From: an uncultured Bordetella sp.
GTDB lineage: Bacteria; Acidobacteriota; Terriglobia; Bryobacterales; Bryobacteraceae
Length of the DNA: 64,000 bases
Assembly: GCA_964614015.1 (NCBI GenBank)
Contig: CAZTKA010000001.1
Coordinates: forward strand, 1,249-65,248
Reading direction: 5' to 3'
Position numbers and translations under genes: made by a program. The notes beneath the pieces were generated by a model. That model was not told the origin of the DNA. It saw nothing but the letters and a program-made list of their open reading frames with translations, and searched no databases. This document shows, piece after piece, positions 22,641 to 32,857 of this stretch. The stretch's first letter is position 1. Each line of letters starts with the position of its first letter.

Positions 22641-23731
22641 AAGTCTGCGGCGTCATGACCGGCACCTCGCTCGACGGCATCGACGTGGCGATCGTGGACA
22701 TATCCGGCAGACGCATCACTCCAGTGGCGTTCCGCACCAAGCCGTACCCGCAAGCGGTGCGCGCAGCGATTCTCCAGCTTGCTTCGCCCGCGGACGTGTC
22801 GCGCATGCACGTGCTGCTCGGCGAACTCTACGCGGAGGCTATCCGGGAAACCTGCCGCCGCGCGCGCCTGCCCCTCAATTCGGTCGATCTGTGCGGCATC
22901 CACGGCCAGACGGTCTTTCACGAAGGCGCGCCGGTGCGCTGCCTCGGCCGCTGGATCGCGAGCACGTTGCAGATCGGTGACCCGGCGGTGGTCGCCGAGC
23001 GCACGGGACTGCGGGTCATCTCCAACTTTCGCGAGCGCGACATCGCCGCGGGCGGCCACGGTGCGCCCCTCGTCCCCTACGTCGACTATTGGCTGTTCCG
23101 CCACCGCCGCAGGCCGCGCGTGGCGCTGAACATCGGCGGGATTGCGAACATCACTGTGATCCCCGCCGGAGCGAAACCCGAACACGTGATCGCGTTCGAC
23201 ACCGGACCCGGCAATATGGTGATCGACGCGCTGGCCAGCCCCGCTCCATTTGACCGCGGCGGCCGCATCGCCAGCCGGGGCCGCGTGAATCAGGGTTTGC
23301 TCGCGAGCCTGCTGCGAGACCCGCGCTTCCAGCAGCCTCCGCCGCGAACCTTCGGGCGCGAACAGTTCGGCCAAGGTTTCGTGGCGAGACTGCGGAAGCG
23401 AAAACTCCCGGTTGAAGATCTGATCGCAACGGCGACCGAGCTCACGGCGCAAACCATCGCGCAGTCGATTCAGGCCTACGCGCCCGCCAACTCCGAAGTG
23501 ATCGCCTCCGGCGGCGGGGTGCACAACCGGCGCCTGATGTCGCGCCTCGCGGCGCTACTGTCCGGCTGCCGCCTCGTCACCAGCGCGGCCTTCGGCATCG
23601 ACCCCGACGCCAAGGAGGCGATCGCCTTTGCGGTTCTCGCCCACGAGTTCGCGCGCCGCCGTCCGGCGAACCTTCCTTCGGCGACGGGCGCGCGCCGCGC
23701 CGTCCTGCTCGGCCGCGACACGCCCGCTTGA
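22637..23731 (+). CDS. anmK: Anhydro-N-acetylmuramic acid kinase
   Basis: Trimmed to ATG 22637, which overlaps the mutS stop (ATGA). MKVCGVMTGTSLDGIDVAIVD, GIHGQTVFH and GGGVHN motifs. Confidence 0.92.
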   Translation: MKVCGVMTGTSLDGIDVAIVDISGRRITPVAFRTKPYPQAVRAAILQLASPADVSRMHVLLGELYAEAIRETCRRARLPLNSVDLCGIHGQTVFHEGAPVRCLGRWIASTLQIGDPAVVAERTGLRVISNFRERDIAAGGHGAPLVPYVDYWLFRHRRRPRVALNIGGIANITVIPAGAKPEHVIAFDTGPGNMVIDALASPAPFDRGGRIASRGRVNQGLLASLLRDPRFQQPPPRTFGREQFGQGFVARLRKRKLPVEDLIATATELTAQTIAQSIQAYAPANSEVIASGGGVHNRRLMSRLAALLSGCRLVTSAAFGIDPDAKEAIAFAVLAHEFARRRPANLPSATGARRAVLLGRDTPA

Positions 23732-23929
23732 GAGCACCTCGTTCAGCAAATGGCGGATATGGGCTTTCATGTCCGGGATATCGCATGAGGTGTCCTCACG
23801 CGAGGCCAGGTGTCGGCGTAAGTGCTAGAAGAGCCTGAAGAAATTTCCCCGAAGCCGCCGTCAATCTCCGGCCGCTCAATCTGTTATCTTTAAGTGTTGG
23901 GTCTGCTCGCGAGGCCCGAAGAGGTTCGT

Positions 23930-24676
23930 ATGTCTGGTCATTCGAAGTGGGCGACCATCAAGCATAAGAAGGCCGCTCTGGACGCCAAACGCGGCAAAAT
24001 CTTCACCCGCTTAATCAAAGAAATCACCATCGCGGCCCGCTCCGGCGGCGATCCGGACGGAAACCCGCGCCTGCGGACGGCTATCGCGGCCGCCAAGGCC
24101 GTCAGTATGCCCGCCGATAACATCAAGCGCGCCATCATGCGCGGCACCGGCGAACTGGAAGGCGCGCAGATCGAAGAAATCATGTTCGAAGGCTATGGTC
24201 CCGGCGGCGCGGCCGTGATGGTCCTGGTGGCGACCGATAACCGCAACCGGACGGTCAGCGAACTGCGCCATCTCTTTTCGAAATACGGCGGGAACATGGG
24301 CGAACAGGGCAGCGTCTCCTGGATGTTCGAGCGCAAGAGCCAGATTATCATCGAGGGTGACAAAGCCGACGAGGATACGCTCATGAACCTGGTGCTCGAG
24401 GCGGGCGCCGAGGATCTGCGCAACGACGGCGGCAACTGGCTGGTGATCTCGGCCCCGGAATCGCACGAGGCCGTGCTCGCGGCGATCCACAAGGCGGCCA
24501 TCGAGACGGCTTCCGCGGAAATCGCCATGGTTCCCAAGAATCTGACCAGGCTGGAAGGCAAGAATGCCAGCGGCATGCTCAAGCTGGCCGAAGCGCTCGA
24601 GGAGCATGACGACGTGCAGAACGTGTATTCGAACTTCGATATTGATGAGAAGGAAATGGCCGCGCTGGCGCAGTGA
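23930..24676 (+). CDS. yebC: YebC/PmpR-family DNA-binding transcriptional regulator
   Basis: Trimmed to ATG 23930, with GAGG upstream. MSGHSKWATIKHKKAALDAKRGKIFTRLIKEITIAAR. Confidence 0.95.
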   Translation: MSGHSKWATIKHKKAALDAKRGKIFTRLIKEITIAARSGGDPDGNPRLRTAIAAAKAVSMPADNIKRAIMRGTGELEGAQIEEIMFEGYGPGGAAVMVLVATDNRNRTVSELRHLFSKYGGNMGEQGSVSWMFERKSQIIIEGDKADEDTLMNLVLEAGAEDLRNDGGNWLVISAPESHEAVLAAIHKAAIETASAEIAMVPKNLTRLEGKNASGMLKLAEALEEHDDVQNVYSNFDIDEKEMAALAQ

Positions 24677-24718
24677 GACGGGTGCTCCGTCAGGGGCGGC
24701 GGAGGCAAAGGAGTCGCG

Positions 24719-25228
24719 TTGCGGATTTTGGGCATCGATTGCGGGACTGAGCGCACCGGCTGGGGCGTCATCGACAGCGATGGCCGCCGCCACCGCGTGC
24801 TGGCCCATGGCGTCATCCGCACCGCTCCCGCGCATCCCCTGGGACGGCGCCTGGCGGGGATCGCCGCAGGTCTGCGCTCCGTTCTGGAGCAGCATCGTCC
24901 GGATGCGGCGGCCGTGGAAGATATTTTCTACTCGCAGAATGTCAAGACCGCGCTGAAGCTGGCGCATGTGCGCGGCGTGGCTCTGCTGGCGATTTCCGAG
25001 GCCGGGATATCGCTCGGCGAATACTCGCCGCTGGAAGTGAAGACCAGCGTGGTCGGATATGGCCGCGCGGAAAAACAGCAGGTGGCTCTCATGGTGCGAA
25101 CGCTCACCGGATTCGCGGATCCCTTCGATTCTCCCGATGCCTCCGACGCCCTGGCGGTCGCCATCTGCCACGCCACCCGGCAGGTGCGGCCGGCGATCCT
25201 GCCGGAAGCCGTGGAGGCGTCCCGATGA
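24719..25228 (+). CDS. ruvC: Crossover junction endodeoxyribonuclease RuvC
   Basis: (TTG start) [18 protein letters not shown]...[20 protein letters not shown]...[10 protein letters not shown]. The yebC-ruvC pairing is conserved in many bacteria. Confidence 0.93.
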   Translation: MRILGIDCGTERTGWGVIDSDGRRHRVLAHGVIRTAPAHPLGRRLAGIAAGLRSVLEQHRPDAAAVEDIFYSQNVKTALKLAHVRGVALLAISEAGISLGEYSPLEVKTSVVGYGRAEKQQVALMVRTLTGFADPFDSPDASDALAVAICHATRQVRPAILPEAVEASR

Positions 25229-25842
25229 GGTTGCCCGCGCTGCTGGCGGCCTGCGCCGCGCTTTCCGCCGCCGCGCCGCGGATCGTGTATACGAAAGTGT
25301 TTCCCGGCTCCGAGCCCGCCTACGCGAGGATCATCATTGAACGGGACGGATCGGCCGCCTATCAGGAAGCCGCCGGCGAGGAGGCTGAAGCATTCAAACT
25401 GGACGCGGCGGCCACGGAAGCGATCTTCGCGCTGGCGGGCAAACTCGATCAATTCAAACGGCAACTGGAAAGCGGCTTGAAAGTCGCGAAGATGGGTGAG
25501 AAGACCTACCGGTGGGAGGATGGCGCGACAGCATTCGAGGTCAAATACAATCACACGAATAACGGCGATGCGCTGGCGTTGCAAAACTGGTTTGAAAACA
25601 TCACGCAAAGCGAGCGCGCCCTGATCGAGCTACGCCGCACCGCCCGCTTCGACCGGCTCGGCGTCAACGACGCGCTGATCCGGCTGGAAACGCTGTGGAA
25701 GCAGAAACGGGTGGTCGGCCCCGGTCAGTTCCTCACGCTGCTGGACCGGGTGGCCCGGAACGAGTCCTATATGAATATCGCCCGGGAGCGCGCCGCCGCC
25801 CTGGCCGACGCGTTCCGCGGTAATGGAAAGGCCCTCGAATGA
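25225..25842 (+). CDS. Hypothetical secreted protein
   Basis: Signal peptide [18 protein letters not shown]. No motif recognised. ATGA overlaps at both ends, with ruvC upstream and the TPR/thioredoxin gene downstream. Confidence 0.65.
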   Translation: MRLPALLAACAALSAAAPRIVYTKVFPGSEPAYARIIIERDGSAAYQEAAGEEAEAFKLDAAATEAIFALAGKLDQFKRQLESGLKVAKMGEKTYRWEDGATAFEVKYNHTNNGDALALQNWFENITQSERALIELRRTARFDRLGVNDALIRLETLWKQKRVVGPGQFLTLLDRVARNESYMNIARERAAALADAFRGNGKALE

Positions 25843-27098
25843 GGGGGTCCGCGCTGGCTGCCGCTTTTCTCTGCGCCGCGGTCTCGGCGGCCGCGCAGAG
25901 CCTGCTCCAGCCTTCTGCCGCCGAGCAGCAGAGCCTGATGGAGGCGCTCTCGCAGGGCAACACCAGCGCGCTCGACATGATCCGCGCGATGGAGGCGCAC
26001 CTGGCGCGTTTTCCCAACAGCGTCCAGCGCGCCGAAATCGAGCAGACGCTGGCGAAGGCCGCCATCGACGCGCGTGACACGCCGCGCATCGTCAAATATG
26101 GTGAGGCCGCGCTACGCTGGCTGCCCGAAGATATTCTGCTGCTCGACCGCGTGACCGCCGCGCTGCTCGCGACCGGCGGCGCAGACGCCGCCGAGCGCGC
26201 CTACCGGTACGCGCGCGCCTTCCAGAACATCATCGAGCGCCTGGAAAACCAGCCCGGTCCCGACGCCGCGCGCCGGCAGGAGGAGCGCGACCGCGCTCTG
26301 GGCCGGACGCTGTTGTATCAATCCCGCGCCCGCGCCATCACCGGCGGCACGGAAGAAGCAATTCAACTGGCCGAACGGTCCTTTGACGCTTACCCCAATG
26401 AAGAATCCGCGCGCGAACTGGCCGGGATCCTGTGGAGCGCCGGACGCGCGGATGAAGCCATCACGCGCATGGCCGAAGCGTTCGCGATTCCGGATTCACG
26501 GGCCACGGAACAGAACCGTCTGGATGACCGGCATGTGCTCGGCCAGTGGTACGTGAAGATGACCGGCTCGGAGCGCGGACTGGGCGACGTGATCCTGACG
26601 GCCTATGACCGCACGGCCGCGCTGGTCGATGCGCGCCGGAAGAGGCTGCAGGCTCTTGATCCGAACTCGGCTGCGGCGAACGCCATGGATTTCACCGTGA
26701 CGGGGCTGGACGGCTCGAAACTGCGGCTCGATTCGCTGAAGGGCAAAGTCGTGGTGCTCGATTTCTGGGCGACGTGGTGTGTGCCCTGCCGCGTGCAGCA
26801 TCCGCTGTATGAAACGCTGAGGCGGCAGTTCCCGGAGAGCATGGGCGTCGTTTTTCTCGCCATCAACACCGACCAGGACCGCAGCCTGGTTGCGCCGTTT
26901 CTCGAAGAGCAGAAGTGGGACAAGAAAGTGTACTTCGAGGACGGGCTCGGCCGCTTCCTGAACGTCGAAAACATCCCCACGACGATTCTGTTCGACAAAT
27001 CCGGCCGCCTGGCGAGCCGCATGGACGGCTTCGATCCGGATACGTTTGTGGGATTGATGTCGGCCCGCATTCAGTCGCTGATTACGGATGGCCGCTAG
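25839..27098 (+). CDS. Secreted TPR-like / TlpA-like thioredoxin-fold (redoxin) protein
   Basis: Signal peptide and a helical repeat region. C-terminal [19 protein letters not shown] (CxxC) thioredoxin fold. Confidence 0.85.
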   Translation: MRGSALAAAFLCAAVSAAAQSLLQPSAAEQQSLMEALSQGNTSALDMIRAMEAHLARFPNSVQRAEIEQTLAKAAIDARDTPRIVKYGEAALRWLPEDILLLDRVTAALLATGGADAAERAYRYARAFQNIIERLENQPGPDAARRQEERDRALGRTLLYQSRARAITGGTEEAIQLAERSFDAYPNEESARELAGILWSAGRADEAITRMAEAFAIPDSRATEQNRLDDRHVLGQWYVKMTGSERGLGDVILTAYDRTAALVDARRKRLQALDPNSAAANAMDFTVTGLDGSKLRLDSLKGKVVVLDFWATWCVPCRVQHPLYETLRRQFPESMGVVFLAINTDQDRSLVAPFLEEQKWDKKVYFEDGLGRFLNVENIPTTILFDKSGRLASRMDGFDPDTFVGLMSARIQSLITDGR

Positions 27099-28254
27099 CT
27101 TCACGCGTATCGTCTGGATCGTTCTCGACAGCGTCGGTATCGGCGAGATGCCGGACGCCGATCAATACGGCGACCGCGGCAGCGACACGCTCGGCAACAT
27201 CGCGCGCCTGCGCCCCCTGCATCTGCCGAACCTGCGCCGCTGGGGGCTGGGCAACATCAAGCCTCTGCACGGACTCGCCCCCGCGGCCGCGCCTCAGGCC
27301 GCCTTCGGAAGGTGTGCTCTGGCCTCGCCCGGTAAGGACACCACGACCGGACACTGGGAGATGGCCGGCATCCACCTCGGCATCCCCTTTCCGGTTTACC
27401 CCCGCGGATTCCCGCGCGATCTGATGGCGCGCTTCGAGGATGCGATCGGGCGCAGCACTTTGGGCAACAAGCCTGCCTCGGGAACCGAAATCATCGCCGA
27501 ACTGGGCGAGGAGCACATGTTGACTGGCTCGCCGATCGTGTACACCTCGGCCGACAGCGTGTTTCAGGTGGCCGCGCACGAGGAAGTGATTCCACTGTTC
27601 GAGCTGTACAAGATCTGTGAAACCGCCCGCGAGATGCTGCGCGGGGAGCATGAAGTGGGGCGCGTAATTGCGCGGCCGTTCACCGGCGAGCCCGGCGCCT
27701 TCACGCGCACGCCGAACCGCCGCGACTTCGCCGTGCCCCCGCCCAAGGGAATGCTGCTCGACCGGCTGGAGCAGTCCGGCGTCGAGGTCGCCACCGTCGG
27801 CAAGATCTTCGACGTGTTCCAGGGCCGCGGCATCGGCGTCCACGAAAAGGCCAGGAACAACGGCGACGGCATGGCAAACACGCTGCGCGTGATGGAAACG
27901 CTCGAAGGGGGCCTGCTCTGGGTGAACCTGGTCGACTTCGACCAGAACTACGGCCATCGCAACGACGTCGAAGGCTACGCGAGCGCCCTGGAGGAAGTGG
28001 ATGCCTGGCTGCCGCGACTCGAAGCGAAGCTGCGGCCGGGGGATCTCGCAATCCTCACTGCGGACCATGGCTGCGATCCGACGACGCCCTCCACGGATCA
28101 CAGCCGCGAGTATGTTCCATTGCTCGCCCGCGGCGGACGCGCCGTGAATCTGGGACTGCGTTCGACGCTCGCCGATATCGGCCAGACCGTGGCGGAGAAT
28201 TTCGGCACGTCGATCGGGAAGGGAACCAGTTTCCTGCGGGATCTGCTCGCCTGA
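27088..28254 (+). CDS. deoB: Phosphopentomutase
   Basis: [43 protein letters not shown] and [10 protein letters not shown]. Overlaps the upstream gene by 11 nt. Confidence 0.93.
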   Translation: MAASFTRIVWIVLDSVGIGEMPDADQYGDRGSDTLGNIARLRPLHLPNLRRWGLGNIKPLHGLAPAAAPQAAFGRCALASPGKDTTTGHWEMAGIHLGIPFPVYPRGFPRDLMARFEDAIGRSTLGNKPASGTEIIAELGEEHMLTGSPIVYTSADSVFQVAAHEEVIPLFELYKICETAREMLRGEHEVGRVIARPFTGEPGAFTRTPNRRDFAVPPPKGMLLDRLEQSGVEVATVGKIFDVFQGRGIGVHEKARNNGDGMANTLRVMETLEGGLLWVNLVDFDQNYGHRNDVEGYASALEEVDAWLPRLEAKLRPGDLAILTADHGCDPTTPSTDHSREYVPLLARGGRAVNLGLRSTLADIGQTVAENFGTSIGKGTSFLRDLLA

Positions 28255-28275
28255 CCGCGGCGATACACTGGGGGC

Positions 28276-29838
28276 ATGCCGGTCAACACCGATGTGAGCG
28301 CCTTCCGCAACGAGCCCGCGGCGGATTTTAGCCTGGCAGCCAACGCGGCGAAACTGTGCTCGGCGATTGAGCACGTGCGCGGCGAGCTGGGCCTTGAGTA
28401 CGACCTGGTGATTGGCGGGCGGCGCGTCCGGACCGCGGAGAAAATCCGCTCGGTGAATCCGGCGCGCCCGCCGGAAGTGATCGGCGTTCATCAGAAGGCT
28501 GGGCCGGAGCACGTCGAGCCTGCCGTGAGCGCGGCTTTAGCCGCGTATGAGACCTGGAAGTTCGCGCCCGCCCAGACTCGCGCGCATTGGTTGTTCCGCG
28601 TCGCGGAAATCCTGCGCGAGCGCCGCTTCGAATTCAACGCCTGGCTGGTGCTGGAAGTAGGCAAGAACTGGGCCGAAGCGGAAGCCGAAACCTGCGAGGC
28701 GATCGATTTCTGCGAACTGTACGCGCGGCTGGCGCTGCAGTTGGACCGCGCCGAACCCGTGCTTCAATATCCGGGCGAGCGCGACCTGCTGCGCTACATT
28801 CCTCTGGGCGCGGGCGCGGTGATCCCGCCGTGGAATTTTCCGTTGGCGATTCTGTGCGGCATGACGGTTGCCGCGGTGGTGAGCGGAAACACGGTCGTCC
28901 TGAAGCCCTCGAGTGATTCGCCCACCATCGCGGCCAAGTTTTTTGAAGTCATGGAGGCCGCCGGACTGCCTCCGGGCGTCGTCAACTTCTGCCCCGGCGC
29001 CGGCTCGACCTTCGGCAGCGGCCTCGTGCGGCACCCCAAGACGCGTTTCATTGCCTTCACAGGATCGCGGCAGGCGGGCCTGGACATTCACTTGAACGCG
29101 GCGCAAACACAGCCCGGACAACTGTGGATCAAGCGCACCATCCTGGAGATGGGCGGCAAGGACGCGATTATCGTCGCCGCCAGCGCCGATCTGGATGCGG
29201 CGGCCGAAGGCGTGGCGGTGTCGGCCTTCGGATTCCAGGGCCAGAAGTGTTCGGCCTGTTCACGCGCCATCGTGGAGGGTGCGGTCTACGAGGCGTTCCT
29301 CGAAAAACTGCTGGAACGCGTAAAGAAGATCACGATCGGCGATCCGGCCGCAAACGCGCCCCTGGGGCCGGTGATTAACGAGGGTGCGATGAGGTCGATC
29401 CTGAATTACATCGCGATTGGGGTGGGCGAGGGCGATCTGCTCTCGGGCGGCAAGCGCGCGGGCGGAGACGGATACTTCATCGAACCCACGGTGATTGCGA
29501 ATGTCGCGCCCAAGGCCCGGCTGGCGCAGGAGGAAGTTTTCGGGCCGGTGCTGGCCGTGCTCCGCGCGCGCGATTTCGGCGACGCGCTGGAGATCGCCAA
29601 CGGCACAGAGTACGGGCTGACGGGCGCCGTCTACACTCGTTCCGAAGAAGAGATCGAGCGCGCGCAGCGCGAGTTCCACGTCGGCAACCTGTACATCAAC
29701 CGCAAGTGCACCGGAGCGATGGTGGGGGCGCATCCTTTCGGCGGGTTCAACATGTCGGGCACCGACTCGAAGGCGGGCGGCGCGGATTATTTGTACCTGT
29801 TCACGCAAGCCAAGAGCATCGGATGGAAGCTGGGGTAA
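28276..29838 (+). CDS. pruA: L-glutamate gamma-semialdehyde (1-pyrroline-5-carboxylate) dehydrogenase, aldehyde dehydrogenase family
   Basis: ALDH motifs LEMGGKDAIIV (catalytic Glu) and FGFQGQKCSACSR (catalytic Cys), the latter typical of RocA/PruA-type enzymes. Confidence 0.9.
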   Translation: MPVNTDVSAFRNEPAADFSLAANAAKLCSAIEHVRGELGLEYDLVIGGRRVRTAEKIRSVNPARPPEVIGVHQKAGPEHVEPAVSAALAAYETWKFAPAQTRAHWLFRVAEILRERRFEFNAWLVLEVGKNWAEAEAETCEAIDFCELYARLALQLDRAEPVLQYPGERDLLRYIPLGAGAVIPPWNFPLAILCGMTVAAVVSGNTVVLKPSSDSPTIAAKFFEVMEAAGLPPGVVNFCPGAGSTFGSGLVRHPKTRFIAFTGSRQAGLDIHLNAAQTQPGQLWIKRTILEMGGKDAIIVAASADLDAAAEGVAVSAFGFQGQKCSACSRAIVEGAVYEAFLEKLLERVKKITIGDPAANAPLGPVINEGAMRSILNYIAIGVGEGDLLSGGKRAGGDGYFIEPTVIANVAPKARLAQEEVFGPVLAVLRARDFGDALEIANGTEYGLTGAVYTRSEEEIERAQREFHVGNLYINRKCTGAMVGAHPFGGFNMSGTDSKAGGADYLYLFTQAKSIGWKLG

Positions 29839-29847
29839 AATGGGAGG

Positions 29848-29878
29848 GCGGCCTTCAGGCCGCACGGGGCTATAGCCC
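29848..29878 (+). terminator. Two tandem hairpins after pruA (GCGGCC-TTCA-GGCCGC; palindrome GGGCTATAGCCC)
   Basis: Inverted repeats read from the sequence, starting 10 nt after the pruA stop. No U-tract. Confidence 0.35.
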
Positions 29879-29936
29879 TGTCACGCCAATGAACGGAGCG
29901 GCGGGTTGACATCCGCGCGATCCCGGCGGAAGGGGG

Positions 29937-29965
29937 TTGAACTCGGCCGCCCAAGCACCTATGAT
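29937..29965 (+). promoter_or_regulatory. Sigma70-like promoter candidate for the 29986-32266 operon (TTGAAC-17 nt-TATGAT)
   Basis: -35 TTGAAC at 29937-29942, 17-nt spacer, -10 TATGAT at 29960-29965. AGGAG RBS lies 6 nt before ATG 29986. Confidence 0.5.
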
Positions 29966-29985
29966 TCGTTGAGATAGGAGCGTGT

Positions 29986-30771
29986 ATGGCGGATCGGTGG
30001 CGGGCGTGGATCCTGACGGTGGCTTTCGCCGCTTTGGCACAAGCCCAGGCGCAGACGCCGAGCCTCCCGCGCATGCCCGACGGCAAGCCGAATTTCACCG
30101 GCTTGTGGCAGGCGCTCGGGACGGCCTACTGGGATATTCGCGATCACAGCGCGCAGGCCGGGCCCTTTTTTCAGATGGGCGCGCTTGGAGCCATCCCGGC
30201 GGGGCAGGGGATCGTCGAGGGCGGCGAAATCCCTTACACCCCCGAAGCCGCGGCCCAACAGCGGGAGAATTTCAAGAACCGCATGAGCCTGGATCCCGAG
30301 GTGAAGTGCTACATGCCAGGTATCCCCCGCGCGCATTACATGCCGTTCCCGTTCCAGATCATTCAATCACAGCGCGACATCGCCTTCGCCTATGAGTACG
30401 CCACAGCAAACCGCGTGGTGAACATGGGTCCGCCGAAACGGCCGGCCGTGGACACCTGGATGGGGACCTCCAACGGCCACTGGGAAGGCGACACACTCGT
30501 CGTCGACGTCACCGGACTCAATGGCATGAGCTGGTTCGACCGCTCCGGGAATTTCCAGACCGACACGATTCACATTGTCGAGCGCTTCACCTTCGACGGC
30601 CCCGATCACATCAACTACGAGGCGGCCATCGAGGATAAAGCGATCTACACACGCCCCTGGAAGATCAGCACGGTCTTGTACCGGCGCAAGGAAAAGGGCG
30701 CGCAGCTCAACGAATTCAAATGCGTCGAGTTCGCCGAAGAACTCATTTACGGACACCTGCGGAAGAAGTAG
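29986..30771 (+). CDS. Secreted protein of unknown function, paralogue family member 1 (short form)
   Basis: Signal peptide ...AFAALAQAQA. Shares blocks with 30789..31817 and 56864..57805: PNFTGLWQ; KCYMPGIPR; GHWEGDTLVVDVT; VERFT; YEAAIED; YTRPWK. Confidence 0.8.
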   Translation: MADRWRAWILTVAFAALAQAQAQTPSLPRMPDGKPNFTGLWQALGTAYWDIRDHSAQAGPFFQMGALGAIPAGQGIVEGGEIPYTPEAAAQQRENFKNRMSLDPEVKCYMPGIPRAHYMPFPFQIIQSQRDIAFAYEYATANRVVNMGPPKRPAVDTWMGTSNGHWEGDTLVVDVTGLNGMSWFDRSGNFQTDTIHIVERFTFDGPDHINYEAAIEDKAIYTRPWKISTVLYRRKEKGAQLNEFKCVEFAEELIYGHLRKK

Positions 30772-30788
30772 GCGGAAAGGAGAATCGC

Positions 30789-31817
30789 ATGCGATACCGA
30801 TATTGGAAGCTGCTCCCGGCGGTGGCCGCGCTGGCCGCGTTCATCGCGCTTGCCCCCTGGCCGGCCACCGGACAGGCCGGCAGGGCCAAGGCGTGGGTCC
30901 ATCCGAAAACGCCTTGGGGCGATCCGGATTTGCAGGGAACCTGGACCAGCGACGACTGCATCGGTACTCCCTTGCAGCGGCCCGCCAATTTCGGCGACCG
31001 GCTTTACCTGACCGAACAGGAGATCGCTGAGCGGCAGAGCAAACTGGCCAAGCAACTGGCGAACGACCTGGTGGAAACGGTCGCGCCGAACCAAAAGGCG
31101 GGCACGGGACCTCCGGGACACTGGGGCGAGCGTGCGCGGCGGCCGTGCCGGCAAACGTCGCTGATCATCGAACCATCCAATGGCAAGATGCCGGACATGC
31201 TGGCGGAGGCCAAGAGCCGGCCGGTTCCGGAGGGCGCGGGCAACAACAATCCCAAGGCCGATTCCTGGGAGGACTTCAGCTACTATATCCGCTGCATCAC
31301 GCGCGGCGTGCCGGGCTCGATTTTCCCGGTGATTTACGGCAACGGACAACAGATCGTGCAGGGGCAGGGCTATGTCGTAATCCTCCAGGAGATGGTGCAT
31401 GAGGCCCGCGTGATCCCGCTGGACGGGCGTCCGCACGCCAATAAGAACGTGCGGTCCTACATGGGCGATTCGCGCGGACACTGGGAGGGCAACACCCTCG
31501 TCGTCGAGACCACGAATTTTCTGGGCAATCGCACCGGGATCGTGGGCAACGGCGGCGGCACGCCGACCAGCGACGCCATGACCACGGTGGAGCGCTTTAC
31601 CCGTATCGCCGACAACGAGATGCGGTACGAGATCACCATCGATGACCCGAAGACCTGGGTGAAGCCATTTAAGGTCGGGTTCCCGCTGACGCAGGAGCCC
31701 GGCTATCAGAATTTCGAGTACGCTTGTCACGAGGGCAACTACGCCATGTTCGATTCCTTGAGCGGCGCGCGCGCCCGTGAAAGAGCTGCGGCGGAAGCCG
31801 CCGCCAGGAAGCAGTAG
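30789..31817 (+). CDS. Secreted protein of unknown function, paralogue family member 2
   Basis: ORF 30720.. trimmed to ATG 30789, with AAAGGAG upstream. Signal peptide. Blocks PDLQGTWT; RCITRGVPG; QIVQGQGYVVILQEMVHEARVIPLDGRPH; GHWEGNTLVVETTNF; VERFTR; YEITIDDP; YACHEGN. Confidence 0.8.
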   Translation: MRYRYWKLLPAVAALAAFIALAPWPATGQAGRAKAWVHPKTPWGDPDLQGTWTSDDCIGTPLQRPANFGDRLYLTEQEIAERQSKLAKQLANDLVETVAPNQKAGTGPPGHWGERARRPCRQTSLIIEPSNGKMPDMLAEAKSRPVPEGAGNNNPKADSWEDFSYYIRCITRGVPGSIFPVIYGNGQQIVQGQGYVVILQEMVHEARVIPLDGRPHANKNVRSYMGDSRGHWEGNTLVVETTNFLGNRTGIVGNGGGTPTSDAMTTVERFTRIADNEMRYEITIDDPKTWVKPFKVGFPLTQEPGYQNFEYACHEGNYAMFDSLSGARARERAAAEAAARKQ

Positions 31818-31840
31818 AAGTTCCTATGAGGAGGCCAGAG

Positions 31841-32266
31841 ATGAAAACTACGCTTGCAATTGTTTCGGCGGTTTGCGTTCTGCTGCTTTCTGCCGCGCCG
31901 GTCTGGGCTCATCACGCCTTCGCCGCGGAGTTTGACGCCAACAAGCCCGTGAAGCTGAGGGGGACCGTCACCAAAATGGAGTGGATCAACCCGCACGCCT
32001 GGATCCGCATCGATGTGAAGGGCGACGACGGCAAGGTGACCGAGTGGATGATCGAGGCGGCGGCTCCCAATGCTCTGTTGCGGCGCGGCTGGACCAAGGA
32101 TTCACTGCCGAAGGGCGTTGAGATTTACATCGAGGGCTACCAGGCCATCGACGGATCAAACAAGGCTAACGGCAGCATCATCACGACTGCCGACGGCAAA
32201 AAGTTGTTCGTGGGCTCCTCCGCCGGTGACCCCGGCGCCGCTCCGGGCGCGCCCAAGGAGCGGTAG
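31841..32266 (+). CDS. Small secreted protein with predicted His-His mature N-terminus (resembles what I recall as DUF6152)
   Basis: Trimmed to ATG 31841, preceded by GAGGAGG. Signal peptide MKTTLAIVSAVCVLLLSAAPVWA, then HHAFAAEFDANKPVKLRGTVTKMEWINPHAWIRIDV.... The remainder is beta-rich. Confidence 0.75.
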   Translation: MKTTLAIVSAVCVLLLSAAPVWAHHAFAAEFDANKPVKLRGTVTKMEWINPHAWIRIDVKGDDGKVTEWMIEAAAPNALLRRGWTKDSLPKGVEIYIEGYQAIDGSNKANGSIITTADGKKLFVGSSAGDPGAAPGAPKER

Positions 32267-32295
32267 AGTGCCTGTCCCTGCGAGCCGCCCGTAGC

Positions 32296-32850
32296 CTACT
32301 TCGCCGGGATCTGGTAGAGGTAAATCGTGTGCCCGTCGCCCTCGGCGGTCTTTTCGATCCGCGCGGGCTTCCAACCGGGTACTTCGGCATCGTGGGACAC
32401 CACCCGAGCGCCGGGTTTAAGATATTTCTCCAGAAGCGGACGCAGCTTCGCGTTGGCCGCCGTGTCCATGTAGATCGTCACGACGTCAGCGGGGCTGAGG
32501 TCGGCCTGTAACACGTCGCCTTGAATCACGCGGGCGCGATCCGCCAGTCCGGCTTTGCGAATTTCTTCCGACGCGGCCGTGACCAGCGAGGGCGAGATCT
32601 CGATTCCCACCGCCTTGGCCTTGTATTTCTCCGCCGCGGCGATCAGCAAGCGTCCGTCACCGGAGCCCAGATCATACAGGGTCTCCCCGGGCTTGATGCG
32701 CGCCATCTCCAGCATCATGTCCACGACTCTGCCAGGAGAGGCGACATACGGCGCCAGTTTCTTCGTGTATGGGTCCCGATCGCGCGCCGGGTTCTGAGCC
32801 AGCGCGGGGAAAGAGAGCAGAGCGAGTACGAAACCGGCGCGGAGACGCAT
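32296..32850 (-). CDS. Class I SAM-dependent methyltransferase carrying an N-terminal signal-peptide-like segment
   Basis: MRLRAGFVLALLSFPALAQ, then motif I LYDLGSGDGRLLIAAA and post-I/II VGIEISPSL...VIQGDVL. GAGG RBS. Lies 7 nt after the upstream gene. Confidence 0.85.
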   Translation of the reverse strand: MRLRAGFVLALLSFPALAQNPARDRDPYTKKLAPYVASPGRVVDMMLEMARIKPGETLYDLGSGDGRLLIAAAEKYKAKAVGIEISPSLVTAASEEIRKAGLADRARVIQGDVLQADLSPADVVTIYMDTAANAKLRPLLEKYLKPGARVVSHDAEVPGWKPARIEKTAEGDGHTIYLYQIPAK

Positions 32851-32857
32851 GGAAACC

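Noticed and set aside
24011-25171. 386-aa minus-strand ORF
   Set aside because: It is antisense to yebC and ruvC, and it has no motifs.
27082-28512. 476-aa minus-strand ORF
   Set aside because: It is antisense to deoB and the start of pruA, and it has no motifs.
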